This document shows, in pieces, positions 1 through 9,600 of a stretch of 24,762 nucleotides of DNA. Source of the stretch: Thermoplasmatota archaeon. Lineage in GTDB: Archaea > Thermoplasmatota > Penumbrarchaeia > Penumbrarchaeales > Penumbrarchaeaceae. The notes under the pieces were generated by a model. The model searched no databases. It had not been told where the DNA came from and saw only the letters and a list, made by a program, of their open reading frames with translations. Location: the NCBI GenBank assembly GCA_965234725.1, contig CBDDUX010000011.1, positions 1-24,762 of the forward strand, in the 5' to 3' direction. The position numbers were made by a program, and so were the translations under genes. How positions within the stretch are numbered: the first letter of the stretch is position 1; every line of letters begins with the position of its first letter.

Positions 1-51
1 TGTCAAATATTAAAATGTGGTCAAATCAGTGGTTAAACTGTCAAAGTCGGG
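1..51. mobile_element. Probable terminus of an insertion sequence (IS1634-like end), truncated by the window edge
   Basis: The segment ends ...AAACTGTCAAAGTCGGG (reverse complement CCCGACTTTGACAG) where HEPN-like coding similarity begins. An in-frame TAA lies at 34-36. GTCAAA recurs at 2, 20 and 40. The family call is from recalled IS1634-type ends; no transposase is in the window. Confidence 0.45.
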
Positions 52-261
52 TTACATACGAAATTCCATGAACTATTCATCAGAACCGATATGGTCCAGA
101 TTGCTTTTGGAAAGGATTTTGATGTTGTGGAGGCACTGAGGGGAAAGGCAGATTACAATCCGTTTTCCACTATCACTCAAGAACAGGCCGAAGAGGTTTT
201 GCAAAAAGCAGAGAAGTTCGTAGAAGAGGTAAGGATAGCAATGGATCAAATCAGGTCCTGA
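52..261 (+). pseudogene. C-terminal half of a HEPN-domain (UPF0332-like) protein, 5' truncated
   Basis: Frame +1 reads LHTKFHELFIRTDMVQIAFGKDFDVVEALRGKADYNPFSTITQEQAEEVLQKAEKFVEEVRIAMDQIRS*, with TGA at 259-261. LRxxADY plus the terminal AEExxxxAExF helix are typical of archaeal HEPN proteins. The N-terminal half is absent (stop at 34-36). Confidence 0.75.
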
Positions 262-1021
262 ACATCTCCAAAACATCCTCTTCCATGAAGTGCAGATTAC
301 CGGGGATGATGAGGCAATGAGGAGGTCCTCCGAGATCGATCTCTTTGAGATATCCGATGGATGCATAGAGGACCCTGCAGTCATCTCTACCAGCCCGTGC
401 AATGGCTACTGCCATAGTCTCAGGTCCGATCTTTTTCAGATGGACTTTTTCTTCCATCTGTAAAAGGATATCACAGCCCTCTGCAGCCGTCATGAACCTC
501 CCCTTATGTGCCTGGATATCGAGCAATACAAGAGTATGGAGGCCCCTTTCAAGGTTCTGGCAGATCATTTCCAGGGGTGAGGTGGGGAAATAATTTCCTT
601 CCGGATATGCAAGTGTCGTGGTTCTCCCGAACTTGTAATGTTGAAGTCCAGCCACTCCGGCTGCTGCCGTGTAGATCGATCCTGAATTGATGATATCAAC
701 CTTGGATCCCATCTTCATGGCATCAACCCTCAGTTCCTGATGGGTTGTTGCTGTCAGGGGGTCACCGGCAGTAAGCAGGCAGACCTTGTCATAAGTATCC
801 AGGGCTTTGATCACTACTTCTTTCTCCTCTATATCTTCCCTGTCAAGGACCTCTATCCTCTTCCCTATGATCTTCTCCAGCCTTTCTATGGACCCTTCCT
901 CGAGTATCGATGTGAAGAACTCGCAGAAGATGATATCCGCCTCTTTCATCAGGTCCAATCCTCTAAGGGACACTGACCTTTCATCGACGATTCCCAGGCC
1001 TATCAGGGAAAGCCTCTTCAT
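251..1021 (-). CDS. dph5: Diphthine synthase
   Basis: N-terminal LSLIGLG, GDPLTATTH, YKFGRTTT, HTLVLLDI and GPPHCLIIPG motifs; 256 aa. Confidence 0.96.
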   Translation of the reverse strand: MKRLSLIGLGIVDERSVSLRGLDLMKEADIIFCEFFTSILEEGSIERLEKIIGKRIEVLDREDIEEKEVVIKALDTYDKVCLLTAGDPLTATTHQELRVDAMKMGSKVDIINSGSIYTAAAGVAGLQHYKFGRTTTLAYPEGNYFPTSPLEMICQNLERGLHTLVLLDIQAHKGRFMTAAEGCDILLQMEEKVHLKKIGPETMAVAIARAGRDDCRVLYASIGYLKEIDLGGPPHCLIIPGNLHFMEEDVLEMFRT

Positions 1022-1041
1022 GACCGGGAGATGGGCATCAT

Positions 1042-2148
1042 CTATATTATGTTCAACTCCTGCAGTTTCTCGGGAAGATATTTGTCCGTCACGTAATCAA
1101 GACCGTATTTGGCAAGGGCCTGCTGTTCCGATTTCTTCTTCATCTTGAGCTGTAATTTTATCTCTGACTTCCAGACCTCTGAGGAGAAACGCGGGTCCGA
1201 TAGTTCAGATTTCAGTGCATTCACATCCTGATCGGTCAAGGAATCAGAGGGAAGTTCGTAATTCACTATATCGGAGGGAGTTATCCCGAGATACACAGCC
1301 TCCGGGGTCGCCAGGTATTCTGATATATGCGCGGTCTTGATTGCTCCGTAGGCAATGGAAGCGAAGATCCTGTAAGACCAGGGGTCCCCATCGGTGAATA
1401 CTATCACAGGTAGTTTGGAATGCTCGTGAAGCCTCTTCATGAACCTCCTTGTCGACCTGGCAGGTTGACCCTTAAGATGGACCAGGATCGCATTGTGGCT
1501 CTCATCGAACCCGTTCTCGGCAAGCCTGTCGAACATACCGCCGGTCTCTATGGCGATGATGAACTTTGCATTGACGTTCTTGAACCTCAGTTTCTCATGC
1601 TCGACATTATACGGGATCCCGTATCCCGAGTCACCGACATCATCCTTGCAGTTGATGTTCTTCCTCTCACCTTTCCTATTCATCTCCTCGATGGTGAGGT
1701 CCCCTATCACCCTTGCTCCATCCTCCTCGGGTCTCAGCTTGAAATCCTCCCTCATACAGTGGGTGATTATCTCAAGGTCCTCTGCCAGTCGATTTGATTC
1801 ATCTTGGGTGGGGAACTTACCACGACTCCATCCTTCGGAAATGTAGTACATCTCCCTCAATGTGGAGGATTTTCCGGCCTTGATCATCTCATCAATGAAG
1901 TCCACTGTGTAAAGTGATCGGAGGATGCTGGTTGCCCCTCCAAGGTCCTTTGCCGATCTCCTTACCTTATCATTCCCGTATTTCCAGACCTTCAGATCCT
2001 TGGAGAGGACGATGTTGGATTTGGTCCTTGATGACACCTCGAGGTGCGGAACATCCTGGTCCTTGAGCTGGCCGTAGATATATTCGGCAACCTTCCTCAG
2101 TTTTACCTGGGCTTCCTTGTTTCCCTTTGATATCTTTGTCGCTGCCAT
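1042..2148 (-). CDS. top6A: DNA topoisomerase VI subunit A
   Basis: STLREMYY catalytic Tyr region, TOPRIM motifs IETGG and DGD, C-terminal EQQAL; lies 9 nt downstream of top6B with a GAGGTG SD. Confidence 0.97.
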   Translation of the reverse strand: MAATKISKGNKEAQVKLRKVAEYIYGQLKDQDVPHLEVSSRTKSNIVLSKDLKVWKYGNDKVRRSAKDLGGATSILRSLYTVDFIDEMIKAGKSSTLREMYYISEGWSRGKFPTQDESNRLAEDLEIITHCMREDFKLRPEEDGARVIGDLTIEEMNRKGERKNINCKDDVGDSGYGIPYNVEHEKLRFKNVNAKFIIAIETGGMFDRLAENGFDESHNAILVHLKGQPARSTRRFMKRLHEHSKLPVIVFTDGDPWSYRIFASIAYGAIKTAHISEYLATPEAVYLGITPSDIVNYELPSDSLTDQDVNALKSELSDPRFSSEVWKSEIKLQLKMKKKSEQQALAKYGLDYVTDKYLPEKLQELNII

Positions 2149-2157
2149 TTTGCCACC

Positions 2158-4032
2158 TCAGAGCGGGTCTGCCCCGATCACCTCTCCTGGAAGCTTGGAA
2201 TAATAGATCTCAACGTCATCGTAATCGTCCTTGTCCAGACCCAGAAGGGAGAATCCAAGCCTCTGGGAACGTGCAGGTGCAATGGGTCCGATATCCCATT
2301 CTATCAGGTCCTTCTTCAGTGTATACGTTTCTGGATAAATGCCCTGGATCAGGGCTTTGGGAACCTTCACATGGAGCTTCATGCTCCTCTCCTTCTGTGT
2401 ATAGTTCTGATATTTGATGGTGACCTCTGTAATCTTTTCCTTGATCTCTCCCTCTCCTCTCTCATGATAGACCACACCACTGTCTATTACATGGACGTTC
2501 ATTATCTTGGTGATGATCGGGTCCAAGGGGGGTTCCGGGAGGCCAAGGATAGAGGAGCTCTTCTTCGAGATCTCAGGAAGGATATCCCTGATGATATCGT
2601 ATTTCTCCGAGACCTTCTTGAGCTTATTTTTCTTATTGATGTGTGCCCGGACCCTTCTGCCACAGTCCATGAGGGCCCTTCCGATCTCATCCATTATCTC
2701 ATCCACATCTGCGATAGCTTCCTTTGATTCCGAGGTGAACGGTGCATTGGTGGATGCGACGTGTACCAGGATGGCTGCGGGTCCGACAGGAATACCTTTT
2801 CCACCCCTCTGTTCCAGACCGTAAGGTCTCCAGTTGATCTTCTCTATGGCATGGGTGATAACACAACCTCCCTGCTGGTAAAGAAGGGGCACCCTGTTTG
2901 CGAATCTCAGTATCTTCACCGTATCACCGGGGGAAAGGTCCCCGCCATAGACGATCCCTGCCTCCACCTGAAAAGGGGTTCCCCTGAACACCTTTGGCTC
3001 CCTGGTAACAGTATAAGCGAACTTGGAGTCGATCTCCTTCCTCAATCCTTTCCGGATAAGCATATCCCCGATGGGTGAAAGGCAGTCCGTAGGAGGGGAC
3101 ATGAAGTTGATATCCTGGATCTTATCGTAGAGGTTCTGGATGTCCTCCAGGGCAAGATACTTAGGAACCCTCTTCTCATCCAGACCAGCACTTTCCAGGA
3201 CCTCCCTGGCTCCTCTGGGTGAAACCCTTGTGAACTCATTTGTGAGGAAGGAGGTCATCTTTCTGGCCTCAGTATATTTCAACATATTCTTAAGAACACC
3301 CAGTTCAATTCCGTGGGGATGTGGTTTTGATTCTTTCGGTGGTTCCGGGAGGATCTCCACGACTCTCTGGAACCTGTTGACCTCACCATCGGGTTCAACG
3401 AATGTGATCTCAACATGGGGATTGACGATGGCCGTCGCCTTTAGATATTCAAGGACAGATTGTTTCTTGTTCTTGTGGTACTTTCCCTCCATCTCCACGA
3501 TGATCTCAGTTCCATGGGAATGATCCCACAAGACGACCTCACTTTTCTCTACCTGAGGTCTGTTTGTCTTTGTGTTAATGTGGACCTCCATACGATGGCA
3601 GGGGTGGTCCTCTCCGATCTTAGAAGTTATAATGGCCGCTTTTCCGGTAGTTAACTGTGAATAAAGTACCACTGATGAGATTCCAATACCCTGCTGGCCC
3701 CTGGACTGCCGTATGGCATGGAATCTGGAACCATACAGAAGCCTACCAAATACGTTTGGTATCTGTTTCTTGACAATTCCAGGTCCATTGTCCCTTACGG
3801 TCATTCTGTAGCGGTCCTTTTCATTGACCTTCTCAAGAGTTACATGTACAGCTGGAAGGATTCCCGCTTCCTCGCATGCATCCAATGAATTGTCAACTGC
3901 TTCTTTCACAGATACAAGAAGTGCCTTTGATGGATTGTCGAATCCAAGGATCTGTCTGTTCTTGGCGAAGAAATCCGATATGGATATTTCCTTCTGGCTC
4001 TCTGCCATCTTCTCTGCGTAGGGAACTGCCAT
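2158..4032 (-). CDS. top6B: DNA topoisomerase VI subunit B
   Basis: GHKL motifs KEAVDNSLDACE, DNGPGI and SRGQQGIGIS; RFANRVPLLY and FTSESKEAIA; about 110-aa C-terminal beta-rich extension. Confidence 0.97.
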   Translation of the reverse strand: MAVPYAEKMAESQKEISISDFFAKNRQILGFDNPSKALLVSVKEAVDNSLDACEEAGILPAVHVTLEKVNEKDRYRMTVRDNGPGIVKKQIPNVFGRLLYGSRFHAIRQSRGQQGIGISSVVLYSQLTTGKAAIITSKIGEDHPCHRMEVHINTKTNRPQVEKSEVVLWDHSHGTEIIVEMEGKYHKNKKQSVLEYLKATAIVNPHVEITFVEPDGEVNRFQRVVEILPEPPKESKPHPHGIELGVLKNMLKYTEARKMTSFLTNEFTRVSPRGAREVLESAGLDEKRVPKYLALEDIQNLYDKIQDINFMSPPTDCLSPIGDMLIRKGLRKEIDSKFAYTVTREPKVFRGTPFQVEAGIVYGGDLSPGDTVKILRFANRVPLLYQQGGCVITHAIEKINWRPYGLEQRGGKGIPVGPAAILVHVASTNAPFTSESKEAIADVDEIMDEIGRALMDCGRRVRAHINKKNKLKKVSEKYDIIRDILPEISKKSSSILGLPEPPLDPIITKIMNVHVIDSGVVYHERGEGEIKEKITEVTIKYQNYTQKERSMKLHVKVPKALIQGIYPETYTLKKDLIEWDIGPIAPARSQRLGFSLLGLDKDDYDDVEIYYSKLPGEVIGADPL

Positions 4033-4071
4033 TACCTACCCCCGTACGAGATTCCTCAGTATTGAGCAGGC

Positions 4072-4080
4072 GTTATAAAT
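4072..4080 (-). promoter_or_regulatory. Putative TATA box of the top6B-top6A-dph5 operon
   Basis: The minus strand reads ATTTATAAC about 40 nt upstream of the top6B ATG, followed by a GGGGTAGGT SD-like sequence. Confidence 0.55.
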
Positions 4081-4107
4081 CAATGGGGAGGGGTAAGCGA
4101 AAGAAAT

Positions 4108-5601
4108 TCAGTCCTTCCTTTTAAATGCCTTATAAAGGAAAAATGCACCTATGGATAGAGGAATAATCGTAATGAACAACCCTATCAATGTGTATGCCAG
4201 TACCTCCTGGAAAGAGGGATTATCGGATAGAACACCAAATTGAAGTATGAATATCACAAAATTCCCAGCGGCATCCGCAAGACCGATGCATGCGAATACC
4301 AGGAAGAGGAGGTTCATCAATCTGCTCATGTCCTCTGAGATCTCCCTCTGTCTGGTGTCTATGAACGTCCTCAGGACCTCAATGGTCGATGAGAGGATGT
4401 CCCTGGAATGGGAAAGCTCGTCAAGAAGGGTCTGAAGGTCCCTTCTGTCCTTCTCCATTACCCTGAGTGTGATCTCTCCCAGTGAGAATCCAACTCCATC
4501 AATGGTTAGGTCATCGGATTCCAGGGAAAGACTGTTCTTCACCTCCCTTGTCCTCTGGCCCATCTCCAGCAGATTGGAGGCGCTCCTCATCAATTCATGT
4601 TCCACCTCTGATACGAGGGAGAACCGAACAGATGTCGTGGTGAGAAGCTGTTTTTCGGTTCGAAAGGATTCCTTGGCCAGGAATGCTTTATCTTTCTTCT
4701 TCTCCTTCTTCTCACCATCTTTGGGTATGTAGAGCTTCATGTGTTCATTGATATCGTTCTGGAGCTTGTAGATGTCATCTTTCAACCCCTTGCCTATATC
4801 CTGAACCTTTCTTAGATCGTTCTCCTTCATGTCCAGGAACTTGGATTGCATGAAGAACAGCTCCATCAATTTTGATTTGATGGCAAGATGATTGATAAGG
4901 TAATTCTGTCTGGTCTGGTATAATCTCTTCTCGGGTCCATCTGCGGAGACATAAGGCGTGGAACCGGTGACGTTTATCGGCCCATCACCATATGAGTAGG
5001 TGTTCCTGATATCTGATATGTTCAATTCCAGGACAAGATCATTTGGGAAGGTCTCCTCGGAAACCTGGCCGGACCTTCCAAGCAGGTAAAGGGTAGCTCC
5101 TACCTTTCCATGCTTTATCGAGTTCACAACCACCTCGCCCTTTCCTATGAGTATCCTGTTGAGGTAGGAGATATTGGTCTGGAGTATCTCCGGTTGATCA
5201 GATTCTCCCTCCTTGTAAAGGAAGGTCATATCCGAATATGTCTTCAACCATACATTGTCCCTGGATCCATTTGTCAGGATAGTATACCTGTGTGGCCTGC
5301 AACCAGGTCTTCCGAACCGTCCGATCCTTTCCATCACCTTTCGTGATATTAGACGGATATCATCATATCTCATTTTAAGGTATTCAGGGGAAACCTCGGA
5401 GACATCCTTCTGAGTTGGAGATGCGGTCTTCATTAGCTCAATAACAGCCCAGCCCGATTTGAAAGAAATGTCCATCTTTGTATCGCCCATTTTCGGGGCC
5501 TCTTCCTTCATGACCGATAGAATGTCCCTCTCCGCTTCAGGGGCTACGCTAAGGATGATGATGGAATAGATTTTCGAATCATACAACAGGACGGACCTCA
5601 A
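4108..5601 (-). CDS. Hypothetical membrane protein: large soluble region, helical/coiled-coil stalk and two C-terminal TM helices
   Basis: 497-aa ORF with a TTG start and GAGGT upstream. Hydrophobic segments LLFLVFACIGLADAAGNFVIFIL and LAYTLIGLFITIIPLSIGAFFLY precede a basic tail (KAFKRKD). Confidence 0.8.
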   Translation of the reverse strand: MRSVLLYDSKIYSIIILSVAPEAERDILSVMKEEAPKMGDTKMDISFKSGWAVIELMKTASPTQKDVSEVSPEYLKMRYDDIRLISRKVMERIGRFGRPGCRPHRYTILTNGSRDNVWLKTYSDMTFLYKEGESDQPEILQTNISYLNRILIGKGEVVVNSIKHGKVGATLYLLGRSGQVSEETFPNDLVLELNISDIRNTYSYGDGPINVTGSTPYVSADGPEKRLYQTRQNYLINHLAIKSKLMELFFMQSKFLDMKENDLRKVQDIGKGLKDDIYKLQNDINEHMKLYIPKDGEKKEKKKDKAFLAKESFRTEKQLLTTTSVRFSLVSEVEHELMRSASNLLEMGQRTREVKNSLSLESDDLTIDGVGFSLGEITLRVMEKDRRDLQTLLDELSHSRDILSSTIEVLRTFIDTRQREISEDMSRLMNLLFLVFACIGLADAAGNFVIFILQFGVLSDNPSFQEVLAYTLIGLFITIIPLSIGAFFLYKAFKRKD

Positions 5602-5697
5602 TTTCCATCTACCTCTGGGAAAGTTCTAACCTTTTCCCATATTAGTATTTGAAAAAAGATACTTAAATAAACCTAGATAAAAATTAAAATCGGAAAT

Positions 5698-6558
5698 TTA
5701 TGGATCGATAGGGTCAATGGCACAACAGTGTCCGTACCTCTTCGTCTCCCACCCAGCTTCAGATATCCGGGTCATGGTTCTTTTTGAAGGCAGGACGATC
5801 CCATTGAAACCCTTTTCAAGGACACCGAACTCGATCCCATGGGACCCTTTCGGTCTCATACATCCGAGGATCAGGTCCCCCTTAAGGGACTCCCTCATAT
5901 ATTCTGCAAGTGAAAGGACCGTTTCTTCACCCAGAGGTCTAACGTTTTCCATGGGTGTTCCTGGTGTTGGTATGAGTATGATCAGGACAGCTCTTTTCGG
6001 TTCGAACGAGGCTGCGATCCCGATTGCCCTCCTTTCACCCCTTTCCTTTCCATAATGGAACCCGGCCAGTATATGTGGAACAACATGAAGTCCGGCATCC
6101 TTCAGGGCCTGATATGAACGTATGTAATCCTCCACTTTCAGATCAAGCTTCAGGACCTCCTTGATAGTGGAATCGTCACCAAGGATATCATAGGATATTG
6201 CATCCACATCAGAAGTACCTATTGATTCCGCTGTCTTTTTTCCGACGAGACCAGTATGCATATTGATCTTCAGGCCAGTCTCAGATTTCAATCTCCTTAT
6301 CTGGTCAAGTATATTGTCATTGATCGGTAATGCCCCACCCGGTCCACACCCTCCTGAAACAAGTATTCCGATACCGCCTTTGGTCCAAAGGGTTAGTCCG
6401 AATTCATACAACCTCTGGTCTTCGCTGACGTCAACCATTCCCCCCAAGTATCTTCCGTCACAATGGGCGCAGGAAAGAGAGCACCTTCCGCCGGTAATAG
6501 AAACCGTAGGGAAGGAATTCCCCGGATAGTAGACATCTATCTTTCTGGCCAACAGCAA
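5698..6558 (-). CDS. lipS1: Radical SAM protein, LipS1-type archaeal lipoyl synthase component (biotin-synthase-related family)
   Basis: CxxxCxxC motif (CSLSCAHC) in an SITG..C context, LVSGGC, and C-terminal GCMRP and CC motifs. Confidence 0.75.
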   Translation of the reverse strand: MLLARKIDVYYPGNSFPTVSITGGRCSLSCAHCDGRYLGGMVDVSEDQRLYEFGLTLWTKGGIGILVSGGCGPGGALPINDNILDQIRRLKSETGLKINMHTGLVGKKTAESIGTSDVDAISYDILGDDSTIKEVLKLDLKVEDYIRSYQALKDAGLHVVPHILAGFHYGKERGERRAIGIAASFEPKRAVLIILIPTPGTPMENVRPLGEETVLSLAEYMRESLKGDLILGCMRPKGSHGIEFGVLEKGFNGIVLPSKRTMTRISEAGWETKRYGHCCAIDPIDP

Positions 6559-6668
6559 CGGTATTGCCCTTCCGAACTAATCATATTTTTCCCATGTTAT
6601 TTCTGGGATGTTCGAATATAACCGATATCTTATTTTAAATGAGGTTTAATCAAGGGTACGGTGATCCT

Positions 6669-9600
6669 ATGGAATTTAAGATCCACTTTTCCGGAAGATA
6701 TCTTGTTCCATTTTTCATCGTGTTAATGATTTTACCTGTTTTGAGCATGGCCCCGCATCTCTTTGATGACTTTGAAAAGGATCTTCATGTCAACGGTCTG
6801 GACAGTGTGGACCCTATCAGGATAGAGAGCAATACAGAACTCTACTACCATCCCGAGATCGATTCCGGAAAAGGAACCGTGACGGAACCTTTCGTCATAT
6901 CTGATGTTAGTATTGATTGCCGTAGCAATGGAAAGAGTGGGATATACCTTCGGAACACCACCTACAACCTGGAGATCCGAAATGTAACGATATACGCATC
7001 CTCATTGTCTCCAGCGATCTACCTTAGACCATATTATTCAGGGACAGCGTACTATTCTCTGAACCTGAAATTGATAAACATCACGGTGATAGGAGGTGGG
7101 ACCCAGCTGGATATGTTCTACCCGATAAGGGTATACATCTCCGGGTGCAACTTCTCCAACCCGGGAGGGACCGGTGACCTCATCCATTCCTACCTTGGCT
7201 ATTATGTAGATATCTATAAGAATACATTCAACGCGCCGAACATGGATATCGACTTTGACGGTACATATTATTTGGACCTTACACGGAACAAGGGTTCCAT
7301 CAGGGATCTGGTTCAGAACCGGTTCCAGTATTCTGATATATCCAATAACACACTGGATGTAAGGACGGTCAAGTTGTATGCTGGATATTACTCAGATTTC
7401 CAGGGCAATATCCTTCACGGACATTCCTCGAGCGATGATATCACATGGCTGTATGACTGCAACAGGATCAAGATCGCTAACAATTCCTTCTCCGGGGGAA
7501 GGGACGCAATTGTGGTCCAGCATCCCAATACATACAACCCGGTCAGAACAAGTTATGAATCCTGGTCATCTTTGACATTCGAGTTCAATCTATTCAACCA
7601 GACCGGTAAAAGGGGTATCTATTTTTACTGGACCACAGGCCATCCCTACAATACTTATATGGATATCCATCATAATCGGTTCATAGGATGCACGGATTTT
7701 GCCATAGAACTGAGCAATGGCGGATCGGCCACGAGCAATGTATATCGCAATGTTTTCATGTACAATCATGGATCCGGAATGGATTTCTCTTTGAGCAATT
7801 CCCAGGCCAGGGATGGATATTCTCAGTTCAGGTGGCGACGGTCCAATGTTGGGAATTTCTGGTTGGACTGGGATAATTCAGATGATAATAGCGATGGATT
7901 CTCTGATGAGACAGGTTACAAACTGTCTTCCAACACAGGACAGACAGATCCTTCCCCGGTATCCAATCAGTATTTCGATTTTAACAGACCTCAATTCCAG
8001 GTCCTCACACCGACAACAAGGTTCCTCGATACCCGATATGTGAACTTCACCTGGGATGCTTCAGACAACGAGACCGGTATCTCAATAGTCCAGATAAAGA
8101 AGGGTATAGACCCCTGGATCAATATCTCGGGGAGGGATCATCATGGCCTTTACCTGACAGATGGCCAGTTTCAAATCGTTCTTAGGGCAGTTGATATGGC
8201 CGGGTTGAAGACATCCATATCACTTACGATCGTGATCGAGGAGGGGGTGGAACCTGTTAAGGTCTTATCGCCAATTGCTGGCAGATTCTATAACAAGGGA
8301 AATGTTGATGTGATCTGGGAACTGGAAGATGGGTTTGTCCCGAAGTCCCTTTTCTATCAACTGGATGGAGGTTCCTGGGTGGAGAAAGATCCATACCTTG
8401 GATTTGATCTTGATCTTGACGACGGATCGCACGATCTCAGGATGGAATTCACCGACCATTACAATAATTCCGTTCAAAGATCGATCACATTTACTATTGA
8501 TACCAGGGATCCGGAGATTGAGATCCTGTATCCAATGGAATCCTCCGTCATTTCAAATGGTCTTGTTAATTTCGAATGGAATATAGATGACTTGACAGAA
8601 ATGAGGTCAACGAACGTGACCATCGATGGAGAGAAGATCACTGGGATCGTTGGAAAGACACACACCTCATTTCTGAGCAGGAATTGGCATTCCTTTTCGG
8701 TCGAGGTCTACGATATGGCAGGGAACCGGGCCACATCGGCCATTACATTCAGGATATCCGAGAACACATCCCTCCATATCATTTCTCCCAGGCTTTCCAT
8801 TCCCACGCAGGAGACCTCCTTCCTGATCGAATGGGAATACCTGACTCACTTGGAGATCGAAAATATCCAGATCTCACTGGATGAGAACAGCCCGGTCTCA
8901 CTTCCCATGGACCTATCATCCTATATGGTATCGTTTTCCGAGGATGGCCTCCATACAGTTACTGTTGAGGCCCGGGATCCAGCCGGGAATATCTTCTCGG
9001 ATTCAGTAGATATCATAGTTGATCGGAAACCCCCCTCAACAAGATTCATTGGCATCGAAAGCGGAACCTTGATAAATACTACAAAGGTCACCCTGCAATG
9101 GGGAGCTTTGGAGGAATCCGGGATCACCGGATACGATCTTTTCATCGATGATGTGAATGTTGCACTTGGAGTGAAAGATACGGAAAGAACGGTCACACTT
9201 CAAGAAGGGAATCACATCTTACAGGTCCTTGCTCATGACATTGCCGGAAATATTGGTGAGGACCAGATCGAATTGATCATCGATATCACACCTCCCCAAC
9301 TTGATCTGATATCACCTCTTGATGAGGTAATAATCGAACCGACAATTACATTCGAATGGGAAGGTAATGATGTAAATGGCATCGTCAATTACAACTATTC
9401 TCTTGATGGAAATGGACCCTTCGGTTTGGGATTATCGACCTCCAGGGAACTTCAGGTACTCGAAGGACAGCATATCTTCATCTTGAGATGTATGGACAAC
9501 GCCGGTAATGCCCGTACGATCAAGAAGACATTCATGGTGGACCTATATCCTCCCGAAGTTACCTTGACCAACATCAAGGACGGTTATACTAACACATGGT

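Noticed and set aside
73..402. 109-aa minus-strand ORF
   Set aside because: It overlaps dph5 out of frame and is antisense to the better-supported HEPN remnant.
5616..5639. TGGGAAA...TTTCCCA inverted repeat upstream of the 497-aa gene
   Set aside because: The 7-bp arms overlap probable BRE-like purine runs and are within chance expectation.
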